Below are positions 1 to 13,043 of a stretch of DNA of 64,000 nt, piece by piece. The DNA lies in assembly GCF_009914755.1 (NCBI RefSeq), contig NC_060935.1; one strand, written 5' to 3'. Origin of the DNA: the human T2T-CHM13v2.0 reference genome, Homo sapiens. Under the pieces are notes generated by a model. The model saw nothing but the letters and a program-made list of their open reading frames with translations, was not told the origin of the DNA and did no database searches. Each line of letters starts with the position of its first letter. Position 1 is the stretch's first letter. The position numbers and the translations under genes were made by a program.

Positions 1-77
1 TGCTCATTACCGTGTGAGACACATCACAGTCCTCACCATCAGGGAACTAGAAGCTCAGAGCTGGGATTGTAGGTTGA

Positions 78-125
78 ATCTCTCTCTCTCTCTCTCCCTC
101 TCCTCTCTCTCTCTCTCTCTCTCTC
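78..125 (+). repeat. (TC)n microsatellite
   Basis: Seen directly. Confidence 0.9.
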
Positions 126-465
126 ATGTCCAGTATTTACTGAGCCTCCATTCTGTGCTAAGTAGGGTACAAAGTTCTCAGGATACAGTAGGCAATACAA
201 AATATACAGCTGCTGCCTGCGTGGAGTTCCCAAATGAAAGCCTAATGGAAGACACAACTGAATATTTTTAAAATCCTATGATGGTACATTAAACTGCAAC
301 TGTGACAAGCTCTATGCCAGAGAGGTACCTGGTGCTATGAAAACCAGTACTAGGTAACAGTACAGAAAGGAAGGGATATCTGAGCTGAGAACTGAGGGAA
401 CTATAGGAGTTAGCTATAGGTTGGGTAGGACACATTCCACAGAAACACAATAAAACTGTTTCACA

Positions 466-760
466 GCCAGGTGCGGTGGCTCATGCCAGTAATCCCAGCA
501 CTTTGGGAGTCTGAGTTGGGCAGATCACAAGGTCAGGAGTTTGAGACCAGTCTGGCCAATATGGTGAAACCCCGTCTCTACTAAAAATACCAAAAAAAAT
601 TAGCTGGCGTGGTGGCACATGCCTGTAATCCCAGCTACTCGGGAGGCTGAGACAGGAGAATTGCTTGAAGGCAGAAGTTGCGGTGAGCCAAGATCGTGCC
701 ACTGCACTCCAGCCTGGGTGACAGAGCGAGACTCTGTCTCAAAACAAACAAACAAAAAAA
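466..760 (+). mobile_element. AluS
   Basis: Full dimer; TSD aaaactgtttcac. Confidence 0.9.
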
Positions 761-1902
761 CTGTTTCACTGTCATGTAGCGTACTTGACCTGTAATGTGA
801 TTTTGCGTATGTAATAAAAATTAGTAGCTGCCATTAATGAAGGACCTACTATGTGCCAGGGCCGAGCACTTTTCACGTAGAGCCTTACTTATCCTTATTA
901 CTCTCTGAGGTAGGCATTATAGGTAGCAAACAAAGGCACTAAGATGCTTCATGACTCCTACAAGGACACCCAATCTAAGAACGTGATAACAGGACCCAGA
1001 TCTGTCTGCCTGCACTCTTCCCCAGCCCAGGGCTCTGAAAGGAATTCATAGCCCTGCCCCTGGTAATTGACATTTCTGTGTGCTTGGATTCTCTCCATTG
1101 ACTGCTGGGGAGACAAAAGTATCGCAAAAATTGAATATGAAGATTGATATTTTTCATTGACTTTGGCTTAAGATTTGGGGTAACTCGAAAGTCTTTTTTT
1201 TTTTTTGCCTTTGAAGTTTTCCCATTCCAAGTAATAAAGAACTTGTGTTGTTTTGTTCAGTGGAGACAAGCTAAAGCGAGTGCTTGCAGGGAGGTTTTCT
1301 ATCCTGAACTATAATAGTGGCATTCCAGACTCCACAAGGTGTGAAGTGTGGTGCACGCTCTGAAGGGCACACAGATGTTACTAATAACACCTGCAGCCAC
1401 ACACAGCACACCTGCTACAAGCCAGGTGGTTTATATTGATCACTCACTACATGCCAGGTCCCCTTTGAAGTGCTTGACGTTCATCCAGCCACTCAATCCT
1501 TACAACTCTATAAAGTATTCCTATTGTTACTCCATTTTACAGATGAAGCAGCGGAGGTACCAGGAATCTAAGTGCCAGAGCTTGTGTGGGGAGGAACTGG
1601 AAGTTGGTCTTGGACAGTCCATCTCCAGAGCCCAAGCTGCTGCTACCTTTTATTCCCAAGGTTACTCTCTAGTCCTTGCAACAAACTGCCGTGGTACCTA
1701 TTTCCATTACAGGTGAGGAAACTGAGGTTCAGGGTGGTTAAGGTCACACAGCTGATCAGTGCCTGCAAAGCCCAGAGCTTTCCCACACACCCTACTGCTC
1801 TAGCCAGCCTGCAGGCCTGGGAGGTGACACTGGACCCAGGAAAGAATATGCTGAGGGGCCTGTGAGCAGATGTTTGGGATTAGAACATAAAAACTCAAAA
1901 TT

Positions 1903-2217
1903 GGGCGGGCCACGGTGGCTCATGCCTGTAATCCCAGTATTTTGGGAGGCCGAGGCGGGAGGATCACGAGGTCAAGAGATCAAGACCATCCTGTCCAACA
2001 TGGTGAAACACAGTCTCTATTAAAAATACAAAAATTAGCCGGGTGTGGTGGTGCACACCTGTAGTCCCAGCTACTCAGGAGGCTGAGACAGGAGAATCGC
2101 TTGAACCGGGAGGCGAAGGTTGCAGTGAGCTGAGATCGTGCCACTGCACTCCAGCCTGGCGACAGAGAGAGACTCTGTCTCAAAAAACAAACAAACAAAC
2201 AAACAAACAAACAAAAC
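1903..2217 (+). mobile_element. AluS with (AAAC)n tail
   Basis: Full dimer. Confidence 0.9.
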
Positions 2218-3294
2218 ACCTCAAAATCCCTGGAGGGTCTGGTGTGAACACAAGCCATGGTCCTGGGTTTAAGATACACTCAGACATTGTCCTGTCTGTG
2301 AACTCCTTATCACCAGAGGACTGGATCTTATGCCTGGAAGCCTGGATGGAAAATGTTCTTCCCAAAGAATGTCAGAGGAATGACTCACTGCTGTGCCCAT
2401 GTCACACCTGAAGCATTTGAGAGTCATCAATCCCCTGAGGGGCTGGCAGGAAAAAGGGCTCCTAGACATAACCACTGGGACCATCACTCCAAGCTTTGAA
2501 TTTGGGGAGGACTGCTTGAGCCTGGGAGGTCGAGGCTTCAGTGAGCCATGATCTTGCCACTACACTCCAGCCTGGGTGACAGAGTGAGACCCTATCTGAA
2601 ACAAACAAACAAACAAACAAACAAAACCACGTGGCAGGAGGAAGGCTCTCAGGGCAGAAAGATGAGAGCTGTGCCTGTGGGTTGTTTCTCCTGCTTACTC
2701 CCTCTCGCCCATTTTCCCTAGAAATCATCTCTGATTCTCACAGAATAGAAGTGTTCTTAGCAGCACCTGGGCAGGACCTGCCAGCACCTTCAGCTAAAGT
2801 ACAGTTAGCACCAGATTATGGATAGTGATTAGCGGGTATGAGGTCATTCTCTGGAATATCCCAAGGTGCTCTTTTGTGATAAGCCCACTTGACAACAGCT
2901 CGCCTTCTGAGTGTTTTTATTATTTGCACTCTCCAATCTGCTGACCAAGGCTGCCCTCTGGCTCACCGTCATCTAGGACCCCCACACAGGCAGGGAAGGG
3001 GAAAGGGAGTAGGGGGTGGATGGGGATAAACAAGGCGTGGCAGAACCACGAGATGGGGTTGTGAGCAGCCATTTAAAATCATGTTTTTGGCTACTATTTG
3101 ATTACATAAGGAAAAGCTTATGAGATCATTTAAATTATCACATACATCCAGTCAAATGACAGGAGGGAACATACCAACATGTTAACCATGATTATCTCTG
3201 AGTGGTCCAATTAATGGTGATGCGTCTTTTTCATGTCCCTCTTTATTTTCTCGTCTGTTTTAAATGATATCTTTCTTACAAGAGAATAAATGCA

Positions 3295-3447
3295 GGCTGG
3301 GCATGGTGGCTCATGCCTGAAATCTTGGCACTTTTGGAGGCCGAGGCAGGGGGATTGCTTAAGGCCAGGAGTTCAAGGCTGCATTTAGGTATGATGATGC
3401 TGCATTCAACCTGGGCAATAGAGCAAGACCCCACCTCAAAAAAAAAA
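3295..3447 (+). mobile_element. Alu monomer (FLAM-like) whose tail seeds a GAA repeat
   Basis: ggctgggcatggtggctcatgcctg...gaccccacctcaaaa. Confidence 0.8.
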
Positions 3448-3463
3448 GAAGAAGAAGAAGAAA

Positions 3464-3498
<35 letters not shown>

Positions 3499-3523
3499 AG
3501 AAGAAGAAGAAGAAGAAGAAGAA

Positions 3524-3564
<41 letters not shown>

Positions 3565-3591
3565 GGAAGAAGAAAAGAAGAGGAAGAAGAG

Positions 3592-3689
<98 letters not shown>

Positions 3690-3717
3690 AGAAGAAGAAG
3701 AAGAAGAAGAAGAAGAA

Positions 3718-3764
<47 letters not shown>

Positions 3765-3818
3765 AGAAGAAGAAGAAGAAGAAGAAGAAGAAGAAGAAGA
3801 AGAAGAAAAGAAGAAGAA
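3448..3818 (+). repeat. (GAA)n/(GAG) polypurine microsatellite, ~120 triplets
   Basis: Pure GAA runs of about 23 (3476-3544), 24 (3667-3738) and 22 (3742-3807) separated by GAG interruptions. Confidence 0.97.
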
Positions 3819-4236
3819 ATGTAAAGTAAAGGTAATGTCTAAATGAATGTGACCTTGGGAGCCAGACAGACCTGGTTTAAATACCAGCCCCACAATGTGC
3901 TAATGGGTGAACCTGACTTTCTTCATCTATGAAATGGGGCTGATCATATGCACTTCCCTGGGCTGAATAGGCTTAAAAGGGATCATCACACAATTCCTAT
4001 TTTATGCTGTTGGCTGTCCCTTACACGGCATGTGTTCTCCCCCTGATGGAAGGGCCCAGCTTGGCACTGTGGGGGTGTGATGGGGGCCAATTCACCTCCA
4101 GTTCCTCTCTACTGAGGCTGGTTACAGGAGAGAAGGGTTGCATTGGAAGCCCGTTGCTGATTGAAATCAAAACTTGTGAAAGCTCTGAGTTGCTTGCTTC
4201 CTCATTGGTTCCACTTGAGGAAGAAGTTGCAGGAGG

Positions 4237-4357
4237 TGCCAGGTACAGTGGCTCACACCCATAATCCCAACACTTTGGGAGGCCAAGGTGGGAGGATCAC
4301 TTGAGTCCAGGCATTTGACACCAGCCTGAGCAACAGAGTGAGACTCCCCAATCTCTA

Positions 4358-4400
<43 letters not shown>

Positions 4401-4572
4401 AAGATTAGCCAGATGTGGTGGCATGCGCCTGTAGTCCCAGCTACTCAGGAGCTCAAACAGGAGGATTGCTTGAGCCTGGCAGGTCGAGGCTGCAGTGAGC
4501 TGAGATCACACCACTGCACTCCAGCCAGGGTAACAGAGTGAGAACCTGTTTCAAAATAAATAAATAAATAAA
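4237..4572 (+). mobile_element. AluJ with (AAAT)n middle linker
   Basis: Dimer; TSD aagttgcaggagg. Confidence 0.88.
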
Positions 4573-4762
4573 GTTGCAGGAGGAAGGCTCTCAGGGCAGA
4601 ACGATGAGAGTTGCGCACGTGGTCACTTCTCCCACTTACTCTCCTCTCGCCCATCTTCCCCAGAAATCATTTCTGATTCTCACAGAAGTCTACTGTACAC
4701 TTCCTGGGGAATCCAGGCATCTTTTCTTCCTTTAAATAACAGTTTTATTGAGGTATAATTAA

Positions 4763-5215
<453 letters not shown>

Positions 5216-7055
5216 GATATTTCATATTTAAATGGAATCATTAGCAGTTTCTTGTGTCTGGCTTCTTTCACTTAGTCTAATGTTTTCAAGATTCATCCGT
5301 GTTGTAGCAGGTGTCAGTACTTTTTTTGATTGCCAAATAATATCCCAAATATGGTACATTTCCTTTGTCCGTTCACCAACTGGTGGACATTAGGCATCTT
5401 TTTTTGGCTTTAATATATCATCTGTAATGCTAGCTGTGATCTGTTCAACCCACCACATGCCAAGCACTCGACCTAATTTGTAATCCTTACAACAGCCCAG
5501 AGAGGCATGTCTATTTCTCCCACCATACTGACAAAGAAGTGGTCCATCCAAAGTCACAGAGCTGACAAAGTAAGTGACAGAGCTGAGATTTCCAGAAGGG
5601 TTTTTTTCCACTGCACCACACTGCACCTCCCCCACCCCCATGTGTTTTTCTGGCTCCTTCTAATTGGTTCTGAGGCCAAAACAAGAATCCACTCATTCAA
5701 CGATCATTCATTCAACAAGAATTAGCTGGTACCATGTGGATGGTAAGCACAGATTAATTAGAGCCAGGCGAGAACAGACCTTGCCTCCTGGAGTATGCTG
5801 CCCAGGCAAGGGGTGGGAGGGTCATGATGTGGAGGCAAATGCCAGTCACCAGGAAGGGTGTGACCAAGTGCCAGGGACTCAGACATGCTGGAAAGCCTGA
5901 GTAATGATTTTTGGAGAAGATGACATTTTGAGCAGGATCCCAGCAGACCAGATGGATTTCACAAGCTGAGGCAGGGTGAGCCACCCACGCAGAGGAACTG
6001 GTGCACACACAGACCCAGAGACTGGGAATCTTGGTCCACAGGGGTGGGCTCTGCCCCGCTGTTGGTAGGAGGTAAAGAGGGAAGGGGAGAGGTTGAGATC
6101 ACACTAGTGACAGCCTTGAATGCCAGGCTAGCATCTGGATTTTTGTCCTGTGGACAGTGGGGAGCTGCTGAAAGCTTTTGAGCAGGGTAACAAGACCAAA
6201 TCCATCCATTAGATTTAAACGCTGCTAATAGACACCACTAGAACTTTGGTGTCCGCCCTCAGACCCAGGCTCCTGGCCCCTGGAAATTACACCCCGACAT
6301 CCACAGGAAGAAGGAAGAGCTGGGTTTCAAACCCTTCTGCATCTTTATAGCCCCAGCACCCAGGACAGGGCCTGACACGTGGCAGGTGCTCAATAAACAT
6401 TTGTTGAATGAATGGATGGATGAACCTGCCTGCCACCCCCTGCCTTCCACCCCCATCCCCCTGCCTCCCACTGTTCTTTCCTAGTCCCTCTCCTAGCAAG
6501 GTGGGAATGAGACAGCAGGTGTGCCCCAGATTCTCCCATCCCACCCACCTGCCATCTCTCCTCCTGCACCCTCAACTTCTCCCTCTTTGCCCCCGTCCTC
6601 CCCAAGGGTCATGAGTAAACACAGGAGCAAACCCTCATGTGCTCCTACCATGTGCTAGGCAGTTGCAATGACTTTACATTCTCACAATCGCCATCAGAGA
6701 TAGAAATGATTAACTGCACTTTGCAGGTGGGGAACTAGTGACTCAGAGTGGTTAAGGGGCTTGCCCAGCTGCTGAGGGGCAGAATTGAAACTCAAACTAG
6801 GAATTTCTGATTCCATCCAGCGCTTCTAGCTGGGGGTGTGTAGTGAGGAGTAGGGTTCTGCTAAAGTTAGTTAAGGATGTGGAGAGGAAGAGGAAGCAGA
6901 GGGGTTCCTGGGGGAGGAAGTCTCTGGGCCCACATCCCAGGACCAGCGGGGTGAATCATAGTCAGGGTTCCTGCCCCACCTCTGGGTCCAGCTGCCACAC
7001 TAGATGTGTAGCCAGATTCCCTACCCTCTCATGCCAGGGTAGGGCCTCCTCAGAA

Positions 7056-7095
7056 ACATACACATACACACAAACACACACACACACACACACAC
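7056..7095 (+). repeat. (CA)n microsatellite just past the SLC43A3 poly(A) site
   Basis: Seen directly. Confidence 0.9.
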
Positions 7096-7151
7096 AGCCC
7101 CGGCCCAAAGCCTAGAGAGATGGAAACAGTAGTTGCCTTAGACACAGAAGC

Positions 7152-7157
7152 TTTATT
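7152..7157 (-). terminator. Polyadenylation signal AATAAA of SLC43A3
   Basis: tttatt on + strand; a GU-rich (TG)n tract follows ~55-100 nt downstream on the minus strand. Confidence 0.8.
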
Positions 7158-7840
7158 TTTCTATAAAATTATTCCCGAGAGAAATTTTCTTTTAAATGCC
7201 CAAAGTAAATAACTTATATCCCTTCTTGAAAACATCCCCAAAGATAGTCTGTCAGAAATCCTTCGGTCAAGCAGGTCAGCTGGCTCCCATGGCCCTTGGG
7301 GTGGCCTGACTCTGTCACTATTCCTAAAACCTTCTAGGACATCTGCTCCAGGAAGAACTTTCAACACCAAAATTCATCTCAATTTTACAGATGGGAAAAG
7401 TGATTCTGAGACCAGACCAGGGTCAGGCCAAGGTCATCCAGCATCAGTGGCTGGGCTGAGACTGGGCCCAGGGAACCCTGTCTGCTCCTCTTTTTCCCAG
7501 AGCTGTGAGTTCTCTAGCCAAGGCTGCACTCTTGAGGGAGAGCCAGGAAGCATAGCTGAGGCCATGACAACCTCACTCTTCACCTGAAAATTTAACCCGT
7601 GGCAGAGGATCCAGGCACATATAGGCTTCGGAGCCAAACAGGCCTAAAGAAATAGTTGACACACTTCCTCCCCCAGGTCATCTCCCCTGGAGTCAAGGGT
7701 CTGCCAAGGCTAAGTGCAAGGAGACACTTCTGTTTTGAAATAAAGAAGTTCCACATGCCTTTGCTTTGAGTCTGTGTGATATCAATCTGCTTGGCAACTG
7801 AGATTCTTTTCTTGCTGCGCAGACGTCCTTGTGTGTCTTT

Positions 7841-7844
<4 letters not shown>

Positions 7845-7870
<26 letters not shown>
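7845..7870 (+). repeat. (TG)13, i.e. (CA)13 in the SLC43A3 3' UTR
   Basis: Seen directly. Confidence 0.92.
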
Positions 7871-7871
<1 letters not shown>

Positions 7872-7970
7872 TTTGCTGGGATAGGCAAAGTCTTTTGGGA
7901 CACGAGGTCCTCAAAGGTGGTGGAAGATGAACAAAACCATCCTCGGGGCTGAAAAGTGAGGGCTTCTGAA

Positions 7971-8075
7971 CTATGCAATTGCAGAGGGACTTTCTTTCCA
8001 AGTACGGCATTCCCGATATACCAGAAAGGGGTGGAAGAATGTCAGAAGAATGGCAAGCATGAACATCACATTCAC
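7971..8075 (-). CDS. SLC43A3: SLC43A3 last coding exon (105 nt; VNVMFML...SPSAIA*)
   Basis: Acceptor ccctgcag|GTG, TAG stop at 7973-7971; total CDS 1476 nt. Confidence 0.97.
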   Translation of the reverse strand: MNVMFMLAILLTFFHPFLVYRECRTWKESPSAIA

Positions 8076-8457
8076 CTGCAGGGAGAGCAGAAGTGAGGTG
8101 AAATCCAGGAATTCTGAACAACAGAACTGTTGCTCAATGAAGCAAGCACTGGTCCATTCCATGACCAATGAAGGGACCAGAAGTCTACCGAGTTTATATT
8201 CTACTTTTCACCCAGACACTATGGTGCCCTGGAGGAAGGACTTTCAGTTACTTTTCATTCTGCACTATCGGTTGGGGTAGAGGAGGAATATCAAGCCCAT
8301 TTCACAGATAAAGAAACAGAGGCCTAGCGAGCATTCAATGACATGTTCAAGGTCACATGGGAAGCTGGTAGAGGCACCAGCTAGAATACACAGCTGATTA
8401 CTAGGTCACCTGATGTCACAATCAAGTCATTCGCCTCAGATTTCAAGTTTACTCTTT

Positions 8458-8765
8458 TGGCCATGCACAGTGGTTCACGCCTGTAATCACAGCATTTTGG
8501 AAGGCAGAGACGGGTGGATCGCTTGAGGCCAGGAATTCAAAACCAGCCCAGGCAACATAGCGAAACCCCAGTGTCTATCAAAAAAATAAAATAAAATAAG
8601 CTTGGCATGGTGGCACATGCCTGTAGTGTCAGCTACTCAGGAGGCTGAGATGAGAGGATCGCTTGAGTCCAGGAGATCGAGGCTGCAGTGAGCCGAGATT
8701 GTGCCACTGCACTCCAGCCTGGGTGACAAAGCAAGATCGTGTCTCCAAAACAAAAACAAAAAACA
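8458..8765 (+). mobile_element. AluJ in the last SLC43A3 intron
   Basis: Full dimer. Confidence 0.88.
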
Positions 8766-9353
8766 TTTAGTCTTTCTTTTCTCCAAGTGATGGATTTAAA
8801 CTCCTATTCTAAGATTTGCTGCTTTAAAAATAAAAAATGAGGCAAATAGAGCTGTGCAGTAGTCAAAACACAGAATTCAAAGTTGACTTTTGCTCCTTAG
8901 CTGGTGCCTCTGAACACGTAAGTAACCTCTTTGAGCCTCAGTTTCTGCAAAGAGCAGGAGACTCACGACCACCTCCTAGAGCAGGACCTCAGAGCATCCC
9001 TCCAGGTGTAAGGACACAGAGGTGAAAGCACAGAGGTCCTGTCCCTGGGGCCAACTGTGGAAACCCTGTGTGGGCCTAGGGGAGAGGCCAGGGTGGGCCT
9101 GCACTCACCACAAGCAGGAAACACCTTTGAGGTCTCAGGATTTTGCTTGAAGTTTCGTGAGAATTCCCCACCCTACTCCAGAATGTCTGTTTCCCCACAC
9201 ACACAAATACTTTTGCCCCAAATACTTGAATAACACAGACCCTTTGGGAAGCTGCACCATGCTACATACCCAGGCCATCACAGCCAGATTTGGGGCAGCC
9301 AAGGCCTAAGGCCCAGGCCTCCTGCCAGGGATCCCCATCCTCCCAGTACTCAC

Positions 9354-9477
9354 GTAAAATGGGTCATTCTGAAGGGAGCCTTTGATGAGGGTGAAGATGG
9401 GGAACTGGAGCAGAGACACCACAGCCGACAAGGCCATCACCAGCCCAAAGAGCTTGCCAAAGTGCTCTGAAGGGAAA
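9354..9477 (-). CDS. SLC43A3: SLC43A3 coding exon 11 (124 nt; FPSEHFGK...NDPFY)
   Basis: Acceptor tccccag|T, donor TAC|GTGAGT. Confidence 0.96.
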
Positions 9478-10113
9478 CTGGGGAGAGAAACCAGAGGGGT
9501 TCCAGTGAGCTTCAGGGACCCTCCCTCCAAGCAGAAGCCTGGCCTCTGGGGGCTGTCGGCCGCTTGTCCCCAGCTCCCCTGTCCTAGGCCTGCCCTCCAA
9601 CCACACCTGTCTGGCCTTTCCCTCTTCAGCTCTGCTCAGACATTTGACCCACAGAACCCAGAAGAAGGCACATGCGGGGCCCTGGAAAAACAGACAGGAC
9701 CCTCATGCAGGCTGCACCAGGAAAGAAAAGACAGGCATGTAAATGGATGGCATGCCAGACAATGCACGCACTAGCAAAGGAAGTAAGACTAGAGTACTAA
9801 GGGCACAAAGAAGGGAAGACACTTTTCCATTTCTTCCCTGGAGAACTGAAACAGAAGTGGGCCTCAGAGGATGAATACGAGTTCACCAGGTAGAAAACAG
9901 AGGGAGAGGGCACCGCAGATGTAAAGGCTCAAGTGCATGAATGTTCTATCCTTCCCACCACCTCTGGTCTCACCCCCTCCACACCTGCCCCCAAACCCAG
10001 TCTCCCGCACCTGACTGCCTCCAGGCCCCGCCTTGCCTCCCAATTTCTTTACCTCCAGCTTCTCTTTGCCCCAGTGTGTCCGTCTCCACAGAGCCCGCCC
10101 CAAGGCCACTTAC

Positions 10114-10300
10114 GCAAGGGTGAGGAAGGCCGCGTTGCTCCCATAGAGGAAGGAGCGGCTGATCACTTGCAGGATGAAGGTGAGGTACTGGAGAGGGAGG
10201 ATGGGGACTGAGGCACAGAGGGCGAAGCCCAGGCACAGCAGGGATGTCAGGGCCAGCGAAGGCACCGTCGAGCAGAGGGCCACCGCCAAAGTGGAGGAAC
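10114..10300 (-). CDS. SLC43A3: SLC43A3 coding exon 10 (187 nt; SSTLAVAL...AFLTL)
   Basis: Acceptor gcccag|GT, donor GC|GTAAGT. Confidence 0.96.
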
Positions 10301-10883
10301 CTGGGCGAACAGAGAGGAAAAAGAAGCTCTCTGTAGGCCAACCCAACAGAAGTCAGCGAAGGGCCAAGGAAGATTGGAAAAAGGGGAGGAGCCACTATCC
10401 ATCCACTGTCCCAACAGAAACCTGGGAGTCATCCTCGAATCCTTTCCCCACATGCCCCACCTCAAACTCATCAATAATGCTGATCATTCACCTCCTACAT
10501 ATCATTCAAATGTGCCCACTTCTCTCCAACCCCACTGACTCATCCTAGCTTTAAACTACCATTAACTCAGTCATGGATTACTGCAATACCCTCCTGACAG
10601 GCTACACATCTGCCCCTCCCCACCCTGAACATGTAGCCAGATCCTCTTTGTAACACTACTGGTAATAGCAAAAGACTGGAAACAATCCAAATAGTCATCA
10701 GTACAGGAATGCTGTGGCAACTATGCTGCAGCCATGTAATGGAGACCCAGGCAGTGGTTAAAAGGCATGAGAGGTCCCTGCTACAGAGCACCCTCAGGAT
10801 AGAGTTACATCAAAAAAAAAAAAAACTCTGCAGAATAGTGTATACAGTATACTACCTTTTATCTAAAAGAGAGGGAAATGTAT

Positions 10884-11241
10884 TGATATGGTTTGGCTGT
10901 GTCCCCACCCAAATCTCACGTTGAATTATATCTCCCAGAATTCCCACGTATTGTGGGTGGGACCCAGTGGGGGAGGGTAACTGAATCATGGGGGCCAGTC
11001 TTTCCCACGCTATTCTTGTGATAGTGAATAAATCTCACGAGATCTGATGGGTTTATCAGGGGTTTCCACTTTTGATTCTTCCTCATTTTTCTCTTGCCAC
11101 CACCGTGTAAGAAGTGCCTTTCACCTCCTGCCATGATTCTGAGGCCTTGCCAGCCATGTGGAACTGTAAGTCCAATTAAACCTCTTTTTCTTCCCAGTCT
11201 CAGATAGGTCTTTATCAGCAGCATGAAAACAGACTAATACA
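10884..11241 (+). mobile_element. THE1A-like MaLR solo LTR in SLC43A3 intron, antisense to the gene
   Basis: tgatatggtttggctgtgtcccc...gactaataca termini; 5-bp TSD TGTAT on both sides. Confidence 0.9.
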
Positions 11242-11534
11242 TGTATATACACCTACACAATGTTTATATTTAAAAAAATAAAAATGGTTACCTAAAGAAG
11301 AGGAAAAGGGGTACAAGAAACAGAGAGGGAAAGTAAACTTCTTTGAATATATCTTGTTTCACAGTTTTACCTTTGGGAAAATGTAAATGTCTGATATGTA
11401 AATGTTTTACAAATAAAATAAAATAATAATAGGAAGAAAACAAGTAAAACAATCTTTAAAAATCAGAAACAAAATAAAATGAAATCAATGAACATAACTC
11501 TATACCAAATTAGTGACCCTTAAAATCAGTAATT

Positions 11535-11845
<311 letters not shown>

Positions 11846-12701
11846 AATATGGCAATTTGACTGTACATCTCTAATGGGATATATCCTAAGGATGAGAAAG
11901 GAATAAGGAAGGACAGAAAAAAGGAAACAAAGAAGTAGCAACAGTATTTAGCAATTGTATTGTTATCAAGTAACATCAATATTGGTAAAACCAGTAATTA
12001 TATTTAAAATACTATATATGTGTATGTACATTTACATATGCATATGTTAGGAACCAAGTTTATCAGAGGAAGAGAAAGGGCTACAAATGTAAAATCAAGG
12101 AAATAAAAATTTGAATAAAAATATCAGTATTAAGTATTTATGATATTTTTCTTATAAAAAAATTATATATATGTTAACTCTATCCAAAACCCAAAAGCAG
12201 TGACAACCCAGGAGCAATAAAAAACCTCAGCATCCAGACTGTAGTCTCTACCATTTCCAATTAAAGAAACCCAGGGCTAGTTGGGAAAAATGACAATTTC
12301 ATGTCTAGGGCAAGAAACACACCTAGTGAAATGGACCTGAACATTTAATTGTGTTAGAAAGTAAGGAAACTCTCTAGAAATAATGTGATTTCATCTAAAA
12401 GACACAGATTCTGGGCTGGTAAAGTTTTCAATGGCCAAAGGTGAGACAATTTGAGCATCAAGAAGAATCATGACAGAACAGATTAAAACATGTCAAATAT
12501 ATTTTAAAATGAAATATTATAAAAGAAACAATTAGTAGCCATCCCTGAAGGTCACTAGGGCACCAACTCATATTTCAAACTGGTAAATAAATGTGTAAGC
12601 CAAGCATTTATTTCTGGGTAACAAAATAGTAAGGAATGTTTTTCTTTCTAGAAGAATTCTAGTGATTAAAAGTAGAAGATAGAAATAGAAAATCATCCTT
12701 T

Positions 12702-13043
<342 letters not shown>

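Larger units (their letters stand above)
7135..7970 (-). other. SLC43A3: SLC43A3 3' UTR
   Basis: Lies between the stop codon and the AATAAA at 7157-7152. Confidence 0.8.

Noticed and set aside
3276-3893. 177-205 aa poly-E/R and poly-S/L ORFs
   Set aside because: Artefacts of the stop-free GAA repeat plus Alu sequence
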